From assembly GCA_047285535.1 (NCBI GenBank), contig JBJBDC010000001.1, positions 2,560,136 through 2,624,135 of the forward strand: a stretch of 64,000 bases of DNA, in the 5' to 3' direction. The stretch comes from Synechococcus sp. (GTDB lineage: Bacteria > Cyanobacteriota > Cyanobacteriia > PCC-6307 > Cyanobiaceae). This document shows, piece after piece, positions 28,347 through 39,802 of the stretch (its first letter is position 1; each line of letters begins with the position of its first letter). The notes under the pieces are model-generated. The model was given only the letters and a program-made list of their open reading frames with translations. It had not been told where the DNA came from and ran no database searches. Both the position numbers and the translations under genes were made by a program.

Positions 28347-29323
28347 GCGTTGTAACTTTCGCAGCTTTTTGTTGTTGGTTGCTGCTTTGGATGCTGATTC
28401 CGGTGCTGAGGAGGCGTTTACTTGATCATCCCAATGCTCGAAGTGCTCATCAGTGCCCTACGCCGCGAGGAGGAGGGTTGGCCTTTGTGATCGTGGCAGC
28501 TGCCGGCAGTGGCTTTGCAGCTTGGACTGGGGGAGGTGGCTGGGCTCCTTTGCTGATTGCCTATGCACTGCCTCTGGCCGCTGTGGGTTTGCTGGATGAT
28601 CATTTCAATCTTTCGGCCCTTTGGCGTTATGGCGTCCAACTCCTCACCGCGGGAGGGCTGCTCGCGATCAGTCCCTTGTTTCAAGGTTGGATCCCATCGG
28701 TACCCCTCTTCTTTTTTGTGGGTGTAGGGGTGTTGTTGCTGGTCACAGTGACTGCAGTGATTAATTTCACCAACTTCATGGATGGGCTTGATGGGCTGGT
28801 GGCCAGCTGTATGGCAGTGGCTTTCTGCACAGCTTCGCTTCACCTTCGCGGGGCTTTCAGTCTTTGGATTCTGGTTGGAAGTCTGCTGGGCTTTCTGTTT
28901 TGGAATTGGAGTCCTGCAAAGGTGTTTATGGGTGATGTTGGCAGCACCTTTCTTGGTGCTGTTTGGGCGGGTGTGGTGCTCCAGGCCCCTACCTGGCTTG
29001 ATGCTTGCGGTTTGCTTTTGGTTGCTACTCCTTTGCTGGCGGATGCATTGATTTGCGTTCCCCGTCGTCAGTTCGCTGGCCAGCGGGTCTTCCAGGCCCA
29101 CCGTCTTCATCTTTTTCAGAGGCTGTATCAGTCTGGTTGGCCCCATGCACAGGTCGCTCTGCTGTATGTCGCAGTCTCCATTGTTTTGGGTGTCAGCTTT
29201 CTTGTTGGCTCCTTGTCTGCCGTGGCTGCCGTAGCCGTTTTGGCTCTCATGATGGGTGTCTGGCTCGACCAGCGCGTTGCCGTGCCGTTTTCCGAGTCTT
29301 TAACCGGTACGGGGACATCGTGA
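28337..29323 (+). CDS. Undecaprenyl-phosphate sugar-1-phosphate transferase (MraY/WecA/WbpL family)
   Basis: PNARSAH..PTPRGGG, GLLDD, NFTNFMDGLDGL, NWSPAKVFMGDVGS, AHRLHLFQRL. Confidence 0.9.
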   Translation: MVLSVVTFAAFCCWLLLWMLIPVLRRRLLDHPNARSAHQCPTPRGGGLAFVIVAAAGSGFAAWTGGGGWAPLLIAYALPLAAVGLLDDHFNLSALWRYGVQLLTAGGLLAISPLFQGWIPSVPLFFFVGVGVLLLVTVTAVINFTNFMDGLDGLVASCMAVAFCTASLHLRGAFSLWILVGSLLGFLFWNWSPAKVFMGDVGSTFLGAVWAGVVLQAPTWLDACGLLLVATPLLADALICVPRRQFAGQRVFQAHRLHLFQRLYQSGWPHAQVALLYVAVSIVLGVSFLVGSLSAVAAVAVLALMMGVWLDQRVAVPFSESLTGTGTS

Positions 29324-31242
29324 GCTGGACACGATCGCGATCAGTTGCTGAATGGGCGACGGGATTTCCTCCGCTCACCAGGCGCTTTCTTCTGATTGGA
29401 CTTGATGCCTGTTTGCTGCCGATGGCGGTGTGGCTGAGCTTCTGGCTTCGCTTGGCTACTCCCTGGCCTTCAGGTTTTCTGCGGGCAGGGCTTTGGATGC
29501 TGTTTGCGGTTCTTCTGATCGGCATACCGCTGTATGCCTTGACTGGCCAGTACAAGGGTCTCACCCGTTACGTAGGGAGTGCTGCGCTGTATCGCCTGGC
29601 TGCCCGTAATGCGCTGTTGGTATTGATCATGTCAGCCGTTGGCGTGATGCTGCGCTTGCCGATGCCGCCTCGCAGTAGCTGGCTTCTTCTCTGGCTTCTG
29701 CTCACCGGTTTTACCGGTGCTGTGCGATTTGCCCTGCGCGACATTCTGCTCAGCCTGCGAGTGGCACAGACCCAGCGCATCAACCGTGTGCTCATCTATG
29801 GCGCTGGTGAGGCCGGTGCACAGCTTGCTGCATCTCTTCAGAGGAGCGGCACGCATCAGGTGTTGGCTTTTTTAGATGACGCTCCAGCTCTCAGGGGGCG
29901 CACGATCAATGGCATTCCGATCCAGTCCAGCGCAGCGATGGTAGTTCGACCAGCGGATGTGGATCAGGTGCTGTTGGCCATTCCTTCGCTCACTCGAAGC
30001 AAGCGCAGCGCCATTGTTAAACGGCTTCAGCAGCAGGGCCTTTCTGTCCTTCAGATCCCTTCCATGGAGGACATCACTTCAGGGAGGGCCCGTATTGATG
30101 CGCTGCGGCCGGTTGCCATCGAAGATCTCCTCGGCCGCGACAGCATTCTTCCCGATCCTCAGCTTCTCGGCCCCGGGATCCGCGGTTCGGTGGTTTGTGT
30201 TTCAGGGGCCGGAGGCTCGATTGGTGCCGAACTTTGCCGCAATATCCTGATGTTGCAGCCACGTCGGTTGATCCTGCTGGAAATCAGCGAACCGGCCCTC
30301 TATTCCATAGAGCAGGAGCTGCAGGTCTCTGTCCAAAAAGGTTGTGAGCTGATCTCGGTGCTAGGAAGTGCAGCCGATGCCGTCCTTGTGCAGCAGCTGT
30401 TTGAGGCTCATCAGGTGCAAGTTGTGTTTCACGCAGCTGCCTATAAGCATGTACCTCTGGTTGAAGCCAATCCAATTGCCGGCTTGGCCAACAACGTATG
30501 TTCCACTCGTGTGCTCTGTAGGGCTGCAGCGAAAAGTGATGTCAGCGAGGTGGTGCTGATCTCCACGGATAAGGCTGTTCGTCCCACCAATGTGATGGGG
30601 GCATCGAAACGGTTGGCTGAACTCGTGGTGCAGGCCTTCGCTGCCGAGGCTGATCAGACAATGACTTCTTCCAACAAGCTCGCCACTCGTTTCTCCATGG
30701 TGCGCTTTGGCAATGTCCTGGGCTCGTCGGGGTCCGTGGTTCCTCTTTTTCGCCGACAGATCAGAGAAGGGGGGCCCATAACCCTGACTCATCCGGACAT
30801 CATCCGTTATTTCATGACGATCCCAGAGGCAGCCCAGTTGGTGTTGCAAGCGGCAGCGTTGGCTCAAGGGGGTGATCTGTTTTTGCTGGATATGGGAGAA
30901 CCGGTGCGTATTAAGGATCTGGCCGAACAGATGGTTCTCCTCAGTGGCCTCTCCCTGCGCGACTCTGGCAATCCTTCCGGTGATATTGAGGTGATTTGTA
31001 CCGGGCTGCGTCCTGGAGAAAAGCTCTTCGAGGAGCTGTTGATTGATGCTGAATCGGAAGCCACTCCTCATCCCTTGATTTTCCGTGCCCATGAGAGTGC
31101 GATTCCGCCCGATCAGCTTTGGCCGCGCCTCGATGCCTTAGAAGCAGCTCTGCTTGCCCAGGATCAAGAGCAAGCTCTTTCTTTGCTGGCGGACCTGGTT
31201 CCGCAGTGGCAGTGCACCGAGAAACGCCATTCATTGCTCTGA
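29320..31242 (+). CDS. Membrane-bound UDP-GlcNAc 4,6-dehydratase (CapD/WbpM/PglF family)
   Basis: N-terminal TMs, IYGAGEAG, IEDLLGR, GAGGSIGAEL, HAAAYKHVP, STDKAVRPTNVMGASK, RFGNVLGSSGSVVP, GLRPGEKL. Start placed at the GTGA overlap. Confidence 0.92.
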   Translation: MSWTRSRSVAEWATGFPPLTRRFLLIGLDACLLPMAVWLSFWLRLATPWPSGFLRAGLWMLFAVLLIGIPLYALTGQYKGLTRYVGSAALYRLAARNALLVLIMSAVGVMLRLPMPPRSSWLLLWLLLTGFTGAVRFALRDILLSLRVAQTQRINRVLIYGAGEAGAQLAASLQRSGTHQVLAFLDDAPALRGRTINGIPIQSSAAMVVRPADVDQVLLAIPSLTRSKRSAIVKRLQQQGLSVLQIPSMEDITSGRARIDALRPVAIEDLLGRDSILPDPQLLGPGIRGSVVCVSGAGGSIGAELCRNILMLQPRRLILLEISEPALYSIEQELQVSVQKGCELISVLGSAADAVLVQQLFEAHQVQVVFHAAAYKHVPLVEANPIAGLANNVCSTRVLCRAAAKSDVSEVVLISTDKAVRPTNVMGASKRLAELVVQAFAAEADQTMTSSNKLATRFSMVRFGNVLGSSGSVVPLFRRQIREGGPITLTHPDIIRYFMTIPEAAQLVLQAAALAQGGDLFLLDMGEPVRIKDLAEQMVLLSGLSLRDSGNPSGDIEVICTGLRPGEKLFEELLIDAESEATPHPLIFRAHESAIPPDQLWPRLDALEAALLAQDQEQALSLLADLVPQWQCTEKRHSLL

Positions 31243-31410
31243 AGTCATCAGTGTCTGTTCGATCAGCAACCTGGGTACTGGTGTCAAAGGATCTTGTACT
31301 TTCTTTCATTGACAAGCTTTTCTTCGATTCAGAGTTGGTCAAAGGCATGGCTCAATATCAGGAGCATTCGTGCATGGCTCTGGCTACGCAGGCCAGCACA
31401 AGGTGGCCCT

Positions 31411-32469
31411 TCAGGCTGTGTTCCCATAACCCTTTGGATTGGCGGATTGCCAGGCCCAGCCATCGCGGCAGATGTCTGCAAGGGAACGCGTGGTACGCCA
31501 GCCAAGACGCTGGGCTGCCAGGGATGGATCGGCCACGGTGATGGCGGCATCCCCGGGACGACGGGCGACTAGTTCGTAGGGCACAGAACGAGAACTGGCG
31601 GCTTCAAAAGCCTTGACTACATCCAACACAGAGGAGCCGCAACCACTACCCAAGTTGACGGTGAGTTGTTGGGGACCTTCTGCAAATAAGCAGTCGAGAG
31701 CTGCTCGGTGGCCTTCGGCGAGGTCCATCACGTGGATATAGTCGCGCACCCCGGTCCCGTCTGGGGTGGGCCAGGTGTCGCCGAACACCTGCAGGCGTTG
31801 ACGCCTACCAATTGCGACCTGGCTGACGAATGGAAAGAGGTTGTTAGGCATGCCGAGCGGGTCTTCTCCGATCCTGCCGCTGGGGTGTGCACCCACGGGG
31901 TTGAAATAGCGCAGGTTGGCAATTTTCCAGGCATTTGGTGAGCTGGCAAACAGGTCAGCGAGCAGTTGCTCAACAGCTGCTTTGGAGTGCCCATAGGGGT
32001 TGATCGGCTGAACTTTGGCGCTTTCAGGGATCGGAACCAAGTCAGGCAGGCCATACAGGGTGGCACTGCTACTGAAGACCAGAGTGCGGCAGCCATGGGT
32101 CTCCATCGCTTTCAGTAGGGTTTGTGAGCCACAGACGTTCACATCCCAGTAACGCAGAGGTTCACGTACCGATTCGCCCACGGCCTTGAGGCCAGCGAAG
32201 TGAATTACCGCGTCGACTGGATGCCCCTGTTTAGCCGCTTCGGCAAAGAGTGCTTCCAGGCAGTTTTGTCTACGGATGTCACCGATTTTCACTTGCAGTC
32301 GAGTCTCGCCGTAGTCAACTGCCGCTAACTTTGCGACACGCTTCAGAGCTAGCGGAGAGCTATTGCTGTAGTCATCAAGCACAAGCAGGTCGTGACCCGC
32401 TTCCAGAAGAACGAGACAAGTGTGGCTGCCGATGAAGCCGGCCCCACCGGTGATTAGCAGCTTTGCCAT
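31411..32469 (-). CDS. galE: UDP-glucose 4-epimerase
   Basis: TGGAGFIGSHT, HFAGLKAVGES, FSSSATLYG, LRYFNPVGAH, PNNL, DGTGVRDYIHV. Confidence 0.95.
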   Translation of the reverse strand: MAKLLITGGAGFIGSHTCLVLLEAGHDLLVLDDYSNSSPLALKRVAKLAAVDYGETRLQVKIGDIRRQNCLEALFAEAAKQGHPVDAVIHFAGLKAVGESVREPLRYWDVNVCGSQTLLKAMETHGCRTLVFSSSATLYGLPDLVPIPESAKVQPINPYGHSKAAVEQLLADLFASSPNAWKIANLRYFNPVGAHPSGRIGEDPLGMPNNLFPFVSQVAIGRRQRLQVFGDTWPTPDGTGVRDYIHVMDLAEGHRAALDCLFAEGPQQLTVNLGSGCGSSVLDVVKAFEAASSRSVPYELVARRPGDAAITVADPSLAAQRLGWRTTRSLADICRDGWAWQSANPKGYGNTA

Positions 32470-32598
32470 CGAACATGCTCTCTGTTAAGGAATGTAGGAG
32501 TCCATCTAGAGGTTGCAGTCGCGACTAGCTAGGGGCGCTCAAGCTTGGCTGTCGAAGTATTCTTACGCTGATATTAAAGATCGCAAGGAGTGGTGTGG

Positions 32599-33744
32599 AT
32601 GGCAATCGGTAAGAAAGCTCTGATTACCGGAATCACTGGTCAAGATGGATCTTATTTAGCGGAACTCTTATTAGAAAAGGGATATGAAGTGCATGGAATT
32701 AAAAGGCGAGCGAGCAGTTTTAATACCAATCGAATTGATCACTTGTATCAGGATCCACATGAGATCGATCCGCGGCTTGTGCTGCACTACGGAGATTTAA
32801 CGGATAGCACCAACTTGATCCGAATTATTCAGCAAGTGCAGCCAGATGAGATTTACAATCTCGGCGCTCAGAGCCATGTGGCCGTCAGCTTTGAGGCACC
32901 TGAATATACGGCGAATAGTGATGCTTTGGGCACGCTGCGGATTTTGGAAGCGGTGCGGATGCTGGGCTTAACCGAGACAACACGGATCTATCAGGCGAGC
33001 ACCAGTGAGCTGTATGGGTTGGTGCAGGAGATGCCCCAACAGGAGAGTACGCCTTTCTATCCGAGAAGTCCTTATGGAGTAGCCAAGTTATATGCGTACT
33101 GGATCACGGTGAATTACCGCGAGGCTTATGGGATGTATGCCTGTAATGGGGTGTTGTTTAACCACGAAAGTCCAAGGCGTGGTGAAACCTTTGTGACGCG
33201 CAAAATCACGCGGGGAATGGCGCGAATTGATGCGGGTTTGGAGGATTGTTTGTATATGGGCAATATCGATTCACTGAGGGATTGGGGTCACGCCCGAGAT
33301 TATGTTGAAATGCAGTGGAGGATGCTGCAGCAGCAGGGTCCTCCGGAGGATTTTGTGATCGCTACGGGTCGGCAAGAAAGCGTGCGGCGGTTTATTGAAT
33401 TGACCGCTCTGGCGCTGGGCTGGGGAGCGATTGAGTGGGAAGGCAAGGGCTTGGACGAAACAGGAAAACGCAACACAGGGGAAGTCGTGGTGCGCATTGA
33501 TCCGCGTTATTTCCGCCCGGCGGAAGTGGAGACCTTGCTGGGTGATCCAACGAAAGCCAAGCAGAAGCTGGGCTGGACGCCGACGACAACGTTGGAGGAA
33601 TTGGTGGCTGAGATGGTGGCGACTGATCAGGAAGAAGCCAAGAAAGAGGCTTACTTGAAGTTGAAAGGATTCAATGTGGTGGGCTCGATGGAGAATCCAC
33701 CGACGAATCCGGAAGCGATCAAGGCTGCTGGAGGCAAGGTGTGA
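32599..33744 (+). CDS. gmd: GDP-mannose 4,6-dehydratase
   Basis: [57 protein letters not shown] 8 nt before ATG 32599. Confidence 0.96.
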   Translation: MAIGKKALITGITGQDGSYLAELLLEKGYEVHGIKRRASSFNTNRIDHLYQDPHEIDPRLVLHYGDLTDSTNLIRIIQQVQPDEIYNLGAQSHVAVSFEAPEYTANSDALGTLRILEAVRMLGLTETTRIYQASTSELYGLVQEMPQQESTPFYPRSPYGVAKLYAYWITVNYREAYGMYACNGVLFNHESPRRGETFVTRKITRGMARIDAGLEDCLYMGNIDSLRDWGHARDYVEMQWRMLQQQGPPEDFVIATGRQESVRRFIELTALALGWGAIEWEGKGLDETGKRNTGEVVVRIDPRYFRPAEVETLLGDPTKAKQKLGWTPTTTLEELVAEMVATDQEEAKKEAYLKLKGFNVVGSMENPPTNPEAIKAAGGKV

Positions 33745-34757
33745 GTGGTTTGATCAAGGCTGATGCCCGCTTCTTTGTGGCGGGAGCACGGGGCATGGCA
33801 GGCAGCGCGATTTGCCGGGCGTTACAGGACAAGGGTTATGGCGATGAGGTCAACGGCGGTGCCTTGCTGACTCCGACAAGGCAGGACTTGGATTTGCTTG
33901 ATTGCGAGGCTGTCAAGGCCTGGTACGGAAAGCACAAACCGGATGTGGTGGTACTGGCGGCTGCAAAGGTGGGGGGGATTTATGCCAATGACACCTATCC
34001 GGCTGATTTTCTGCTGGACAACCTGAAGATCCAGACCAATGTGATTGAAGGGGCTTGGAAAGCTGGGGTCAGGCGCCTCCTTTTTTTAGGCAGTAGTTGT
34101 ATTTACCCGAAGTTTGCAGCGCAACCTATTAAGGAAGAGTCGTTACTCACTGGAGCGTTGGAGCCCACCAATGAGTGGTATGCGATTGCCAAGATCACAG
34201 GGATCAAGCTGTGTGAGTCGCTAAGGAAGCAATACGGCTTTGATGCGATCAGTTTGATGCCAACGAATTTGTATGGGCCCGGAGATAATTACCACCCGGA
34301 AAATAGTCATGTGCTGCCAGCATTGATTCGCCGCTTCCATGAAGCTAAGGAACGTGGAGATCAGCGGGTGACGTGTTGGGGAACGGGATCACCGATGCGA
34401 GAGTTTTTGCATGTGGATGATCTCGGAAATGCATGTGTATTTGCATTGGAGAAGTGGAGCGCCCTTGCTGGTGATGCACCAAAAGATGATCAGGGGAATC
34501 CGCTGGCGTTTTTGAATGTGGGAACGGGCGTTGATCTGACGATTAAGGAATTGGCAGAGCAGATCGCTGAGGTGGTGGGATTCAGTGGCGAGATCGAATG
34601 GGATACAAGCAAGCCGGATGGCACTCCCAAGAAACAGCTGGAGATGAGCCGGATGGCGGGGTTGGGCTGGAGCGCTCAGATCTCCTTGGCACAAGGCTTG
34701 CCCGAGGCCTACAGGGATCTGCAGAGAGCAGAGGCAGCCAAGACCCTGAGGCAGTGA
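33741..34757 (+). CDS. fcl: GDP-L-fucose synthase
   Basis: [54 protein letters not shown]. Confidence 0.95.
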   Translation: MSGLIKADARFFVAGARGMAGSAICRALQDKGYGDEVNGGALLTPTRQDLDLLDCEAVKAWYGKHKPDVVVLAAAKVGGIYANDTYPADFLLDNLKIQTNVIEGAWKAGVRRLLFLGSSCIYPKFAAQPIKEESLLTGALEPTNEWYAIAKITGIKLCESLRKQYGFDAISLMPTNLYGPGDNYHPENSHVLPALIRRFHEAKERGDQRVTCWGTGSPMREFLHVDDLGNACVFALEKWSALAGDAPKDDQGNPLAFLNVGTGVDLTIKELAEQIAEVVGFSGEIEWDTSKPDGTPKKQLEMSRMAGLGWSAQISLAQGLPEAYRDLQRAEAAKTLRQ

Positions 34758-34759
34758 GT

Positions 34760-35845
34760 TCAACCTACGATTGCGCTCACTTGCTGGCACCAGGTTGGAT
34801 GTTCTAGGTACCAACGAACGGTGTCCTCAATCCCTTTCTTGAAGCTATGCCGGGGCTTCCATCCGAGCTCCTCCTCGATCCTGCGCGGGTTGATGGCGTA
34901 GCGGCGGTCGTGACCAGGGCGATCACGGACTGGTGTGATGAGCTGACGGTGGGGTTCCCCTGAGGGCCGAATTTGATCCAGTAGCTGGCAGATCGTCTCC
35001 ACGACTTCGGTGTTGGTGTGTTCCCCGTAGCCGCCTACGCAATAGCTGCGACCTGATTGCCCTGTGCAGGCGGCTAGCAGAAGGGCATCCACGTGATCTT
35101 CTACGTGAAGCCAGTCGCGAACGTTCATGCCATCGCCGTAGAGAGGGATTGCCTTCCTGCCAGCTGCTTTGAGGATCACCACTGGAATCAACTTTTCGGG
35201 AAACTGCCAAGGGCCATAGTTGTTGCTGCAGTTGGTCAGCACCACAGGCAGCCCATAGGTGTGGTGCCAGGCCTGAACCAAATGGTCGCTGGCAGCCTTG
35301 CTGGCCGAATAGGGGCTACGTGGGTCGTAAGGAGTGGTTTCGGAGAAGCGCCCTTTTGCGCCCAGCGAACCGAACACCTCATCAGTGCTGATGTGATGGA
35401 AACGGAACCGCTCCTGACGCTCTGCATTCAGCTGCTCGTAATGATGGAGTACCGCCTTGAGAAGGTGATAGGTGCCGGTTACGTTGCTCTCAAGGAACAC
35501 ACCAGGGCCTGTAATGGAGCGGTCTACATGGCTTTCAGCTGCTAGGTGCAATACCAGGTCAGGATCGGCTTTCTCCACAGCTGCCTGCACGCCTTCAACG
35601 TTGTTGAGATCCACGCGCAGCAGCTGATGGCGGGGCCGATGCCCGGTGCCTAGCTCCGTTAGGACTTCCTCGATCGAGCTGAGATCGCTGGCGTAACCCA
35701 TCTTGTCGAGGTTGAACACCGTTGCTTCGGTCTCTTTGAGGAGGCGCCGCACCACGGCCCCGCCGATGAAGCCGGCGCCGCCTGTCACCAGAATTTTGTT
35801 GCGTGTTCCAAGCAGATCACTAGCTGCGTGCATGGGCTGGGTCAT
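34760..35845 (-). CDS. rmlB: dTDP-glucose 4,6-dehydratase
   Basis: TGGAGFIG, HLAAESHVDRSI, HISTDEVFG, SPYSASKA, SNNYGPWQFPEKLIP, DRPGHDRRYA. Confidence 0.95.
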   Translation of the reverse strand: MTQPMHAASDLLGTRNKILVTGGAGFIGGAVVRRLLKETEATVFNLDKMGYASDLSSIEEVLTELGTGHRPRHQLLRVDLNNVEGVQAAVEKADPDLVLHLAAESHVDRSITGPGVFLESNVTGTYHLLKAVLHHYEQLNAERQERFRFHHISTDEVFGSLGAKGRFSETTPYDPRSPYSASKAASDHLVQAWHHTYGLPVVLTNCSNNYGPWQFPEKLIPVVILKAAGRKAIPLYGDGMNVRDWLHVEDHVDALLLAACTGQSGRSYCVGGYGEHTNTEVVETICQLLDQIRPSGEPHRQLITPVRDRPGHDRRYAINPRRIEEELGWKPRHSFKKGIEDTVRWYLEHPTWCQQVSAIVG

Positions 35846-35866
35846 TGGGGCGGATAAAAAAGTGAA

Positions 35867-36760
35867 TCAAGCCGCTGAAACAGGTACCTGCTGAAGAAGA
35901 GTGCGTAGGGCTTTCTTCCAGTGTTCTCCCTCCAGATGAAGAGCGGCACGGGTCGCGCTGCAATCCAGTAGCGAATAGCTAGGGCGGGGAGCTGGCGTCG
36001 GATACTCCGCTGTGGTGATCGGTTGGACCTGGGCGGGTGTTTCGATCAATCCCAGCTCCTTCCCGATCTGCCCAATGGCTACGGACAACTCGTACCAGCT
36101 GGCTTGACCGGCATCACTCCAATGCAAGACAGGGGGCAGAGAGTACCCTGCGTTGCTTCGCTGGATCGTTTCCCAACAGGCTATGGCCAGGTTGCGAGTG
36201 CTGGTTGGACATCCCACCTGATCAGCGACCACTCTCAGCTTCTTTTTCTCCTGATGCAGTCGAAGCATGGTCAGGGCAAAATTGTTTCCTATAGGGCCGA
36301 TGACCCAGCTCGTGCGGAGAATCAAAGCGCTTGGATGATCACCGAAGATATCGTGAATCGCCTGCTCTCCGGCTGCTTTTGAAGCGCCGTAAACCCCAAG
36401 GGGGTCAGCAGGCTGATTCGGTCGATAGGGCGCTGATTGGCGGCCGTTGAAAACAAAGTCAGTGCTGATCTGGAGCATCCGGCCCCCCTGCTCCTGCAGT
36501 GCATGAGCAAAAGCTGCAGGTGCCCCTGCATTCACTGCATAGGCGAGCTCCGGCTCGGATTGGGCTTGATCCACAGCGGTGTAGGCACCGGCATTGAGTA
36601 CCCAATCGGGACGATGTGTGTTTACGGCGGCTTGGCAGGCCTGATAATTTGAAAGATCGAGCTGGCTGCGGTTGGTGGCGATCAGCTCAATGTCCTTAGG
36701 GACTGACTTCAGGAGGGCTTGACCCAGCTGCCCGTTGGTTCCGGTGACGAGCACTTTCAT
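35867..36760 (-). CDS. rmlD: dTDP-4-dehydrorhamnose reductase
   Basis: TGTNGQLG, AYTAVD, ISTDFVFNG, YGASKAAGE, RTSW, DQVGCPT, APRP.YS. Confidence 0.94.
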   Translation of the reverse strand: MKVLVTGTNGQLGQALLKSVPKDIELIATNRSQLDLSNYQACQAAVNTHRPDWVLNAGAYTAVDQAQSEPELAYAVNAGAPAAFAHALQEQGGRMLQISTDFVFNGRQSAPYRPNQPADPLGVYGASKAAGEQAIHDIFGDHPSALILRTSWVIGPIGNNFALTMLRLHQEKKKLRVVADQVGCPTSTRNLAIACWETIQRSNAGYSLPPVLHWSDAGQASWYELSVAIGQIGKELGLIETPAQVQPITTAEYPTPAPRPSYSLLDCSATRAALHLEGEHWKKALRTLLQQVPVSAA

Positions 36761-37347
36761 GGGAAAAGATCTCCTCCATTGAGCGAGGCTGTGAACCCTG
36801 GCGCCTTGGCATCTTTCTCAGACAAGCTCAACGGAGTTTCCTGAAGCTTCTCCAGAGGCCAGGTGATGTCCAGATCTGGGTCATTCCAGAGAATGGTTCG
36901 TTCGCAATCCCTGTTCCAGAAACCGCGGGCTTTGTATTGCACCTCGGTTCCCGCACTGAGGGATAGAAAGCCATGGGCAAAACCTTCAGGAATCCAAAGC
37001 TGGGCTTTGTTTTCGGCGCTCAGTTCGGCGCTCACCCACTGGCCAAAGGTTTCTGAACTGCGGCGAATGTCGACCGCTAGATCGAAAATGCTCCCCCTAC
37101 TCACGCGCACTAGCTTGGCTTGCGTTTTTGGAGCCAATTGGTAGTGCAGCCCCCGTAATACCCCCTGACGCGAGCAGGAGTGGTTGTCTTGGGAAAATAC
37201 AACCGTCTCCCCCACGGCATGATCGAAGTGAAGTTGGTTCCAGCTTTCGATAAACCAGCCCCGATCATCACAGAAGGTTTCCGGGGTAATTAATAGTGGC
37301 CCTTCAATGATATTCCCCTGTTTGCTTTTGAGCGGCTCAATGTGCAT
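36757..37347 (-). CDS. rmlC: dTDP-4-dehydrorhamnose 3,5-epimerase
   Basis: [37 protein letters not shown]. Confidence 0.95.
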   Translation of the reverse strand: MHIEPLKSKQGNIIEGPLLITPETFCDDRGWFIESWNQLHFDHAVGETVVFSQDNHSCSRQGVLRGLHYQLAPKTQAKLVRVSRGSIFDLAVDIRRSSETFGQWVSAELSAENKAQLWIPEGFAHGFLSLSAGTEVQYKARGFWNRDCERTILWNDPDLDITWPLEKLQETPLSLSEKDAKAPGFTASLNGGDLFP

Positions 37348-38269
37348 CGCTTGCCCTCATGCTGCTCTTTAAGGCCTCCTGATCACTCTCGCTTTCTTCC
37401 ATTATCTGCAGTAGATAGGAGCCATAACCGCTCTTGATTAAGGGGCGTGCCAGATCCTTGATCTGTGTATTGTTTATCCAGCCCTGTCTCCAGGCCACCT
37501 CTTCTGGGCAGCCCACTTTCAGGCCCTGGCGGTGTTCGAGCGTACGGATATAGCTACTCGCGTCGTTAAGAGAATCACAGGTTCCGGTGTCAAGCCAGGC
37601 CATTCCTCGACTCATCAGTTCAACCTGCAGCAATCCATCGTCTAAATATTGTTGATTGAGGTCAGTGATCTCTAGCTCTCCACGCTTCGAGGGCGTGATC
37701 GTCCGAGCCCTTTCCACAACTGAATCATCGTAAAAATAAAGACCAGTCACGGCATAGCGGCTTTTGGGTAAGGCGGGTTTTTCTTCCAAGCTGAGTACTT
37801 GTCCTTGGGCATTGAATTCTGCGACTCCATAACGCTCAGGGTCCCGTACGGGGTAAGCAAAGACGGTAGCTCCCTTGTTTCGTTGATTACTAGCTACCAA
37901 CTGAGGCACTAGGTCATGCCCATGAAACAGGTTGTCGCCTAAGACGAGCACAGCTGGTGCGCCATCGAGAAAGTCTGCACCGATTAAAAAAGCTTGAGCT
38001 AAGCCATCGGGATTGGCCTGGATCGCATAGGAGATGGTCATCCCCCAATGAGAGCCGTCATCGAGCAACCGCTCAAAAGCCCCTTGATCTTGGGGCGTGG
38101 TGATGATGAGGACCTCACGGATCCCAGCAAGCATCAAAGTGCTGAGTGGGTAGTAGATCATTGGCTTGTCGTAGACAGGCAACAACTGCTTACTGACCGC
38201 TTGAGTGATGGGATGCAGGCGAGTTCCGCTGCCACCAGCCAGGATGATTCCTTTGCGCCTCTGGGCCAA
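37337..38269 (-). CDS. rmlA: Glucose-1-phosphate thymidylyltransferase
   Basis: [52 protein letters not shown]. Confidence 0.96.
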   Translation of the reverse strand: MAQRRKGIILAGGSGTRLHPITQAVSKQLLPVYDKPMIYYPLSTLMLAGIREVLIITTPQDQGAFERLLDDGSHWGMTISYAIQANPDGLAQAFLIGADFLDGAPAVLVLGDNLFHGHDLVPQLVASNQRNKGATVFAYPVRDPERYGVAEFNAQGQVLSLEEKPALPKSRYAVTGLYFYDDSVVERARTITPSKRGELEITDLNQQYLDDGLLQVELMSRGMAWLDTGTCDSLNDASSYIRTLEHRQGLKVGCPEEVAWRQGWINNTQIKDLARPLIKSGYGSYLLQIMEESESDQEALKSSMRASDAH

Positions 38270-38478
38270 AGTGAAAAATTAGTGTCAATCTATTCCAGCA
38301 TGGCTGAGCGGCGGCGATGAATTGAGCTCAAACCTGTGTTGACGGCTAACGCTTGGAGTAGTCGCCTCCTGACTTCCCGTTCAATGAATCAGCGATTGTT
38401 GTCTTAACTCGAGCGCTGTCTGATTCGGCTGTGGTATCTCTGGCCCGTCAGACTGCCCATTAATTGACTGGGAAGGGC

Positions 38479-39765
38479 GTGAGTCAGCTGCAGACCTTGC
38501 GCGGAATGGTTGATCTACTGCCTCAGCAGACAAAGCATTGGCAGGCTGTGGAGGCGGTGGTGCGCGAACATTTTCGTTGCGCAGGGCTCGAAGAGATTCG
38601 CACCCCTTTGCTCGAGTTCACCGAGTTGTTTTCCCGGGGCATTGGTGAGGGTACGGATGTTGTGGGTAAGGAGATGTACACCTTCTTGGATCGAGGTGAA
38701 CGCTCTTGCACGTTGCGTCCTGAAGGCACAGCCTCTGTCGTGAGGGCGGCAATGCAGCACGGCCTATTAAGTCAGGGATCTCAGAAGCTGTGGTACGGCG
38801 GTCCGATGTTCCGCTATGAACGTCCTCAGGCTGGCCGACAACGCCAGTTTCATCAGATTGGTGTGGAATTTCTGGCGGTCAGTAGTCCGCGCAGTGATGC
38901 TGAAGTGATTGCCTTGGCTTGGGATCTTTTGTCTGATTTGGGGGTCCAAGGTCTCACACTTCAAATCAATAGCCTTGGCACTCCTGACGATCGCCAGAGG
39001 TTTCGGGCCGAACTGGTGACTTGGCTTGAGCAGCGCGCTGATCAGTTGGATTCAGATTCCCAGGCACGACTGGCCAGTAATCCACTGCGCATTCTCGACA
39101 GCAAGAACAACGAAACACAACTCCTATTGAATGAAGCCCCAACCTTGCTACAGGCTCTCAGTGAGGAAAGCGTGGCCCGTTTTGAGAATGTGCGCGCCCT
39201 GCTCCATCAGCTTCAAATCCCTCATCAAATCAATCCCCGTTTGGTTCGTGGTCTCGATTACTACGGCCATACAGCGTTTGAAATCACGAGCGATCAACTC
39301 GGTGCTCAGGCCACCGTGTGCGGGGGGGGACGCTATGACGGATTGGTTCAACAGTTGGGTGGTCCAGTCACACCCGCGATTGGCTGGGCCTTGGGAATGG
39401 AGCGTCTTTTACTGGTGATCGATGCGGCTGCTCAAGCGGATCCCGATGGACCTGCGGCCAGGTTGATAGCTGAGAAGTGTCCGCTTGTGTATCTCATTAA
39501 TCGCGGCACGAAGGCTGAAGATCAAGCCTTGGCGTTAGCTCGCCAGTTGCGGGTGGCTGGCCTATCCGTGGAGCTGGATGGCTCAAGCGCTCCTTTCAGT
39601 AAGCAATTCAAGCGTGCCGATCGTTCCGGTGCGCCATGGGCTGTAGTGCTTGGCGACGAAGAAGCTTCGGCCGGCCAGGTGCGGCTGAAGTCCTTGCGTG
39701 GTGAAGAGGAGGAACAGCAACTCACCTGGCAGGAAGTAACGTCCTACTTAAGGAAACAGAGATAA
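38479..39765 (+). CDS. hisS: Histidine--tRNA ligase
   Basis: [47 protein letters not shown]. Confidence 0.96.
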   Translation: MSQLQTLRGMVDLLPQQTKHWQAVEAVVREHFRCAGLEEIRTPLLEFTELFSRGIGEGTDVVGKEMYTFLDRGERSCTLRPEGTASVVRAAMQHGLLSQGSQKLWYGGPMFRYERPQAGRQRQFHQIGVEFLAVSSPRSDAEVIALAWDLLSDLGVQGLTLQINSLGTPDDRQRFRAELVTWLEQRADQLDSDSQARLASNPLRILDSKNNETQLLLNEAPTLLQALSEESVARFENVRALLHQLQIPHQINPRLVRGLDYYGHTAFEITSDQLGAQATVCGGGRYDGLVQQLGGPVTPAIGWALGMERLLLVIDAAAQADPDGPAARLIAEKCPLVYLINRGTKAEDQALALARQLRVAGLSVELDGSSAPFSKQFKRADRSGAPWAVVLGDEEASAGQVRLKSLRGEEEEQQLTWQEVTSYLRKQR

Positions 39766-39802
39766 TCTTCTTTGGAAAAATTACGTAGCGATATCTCTCG
39801 AG

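Noticed and set aside
39322..39329. G8 run in hisS
   Set aside because: It encodes the conserved GGG motif of an essential gene.
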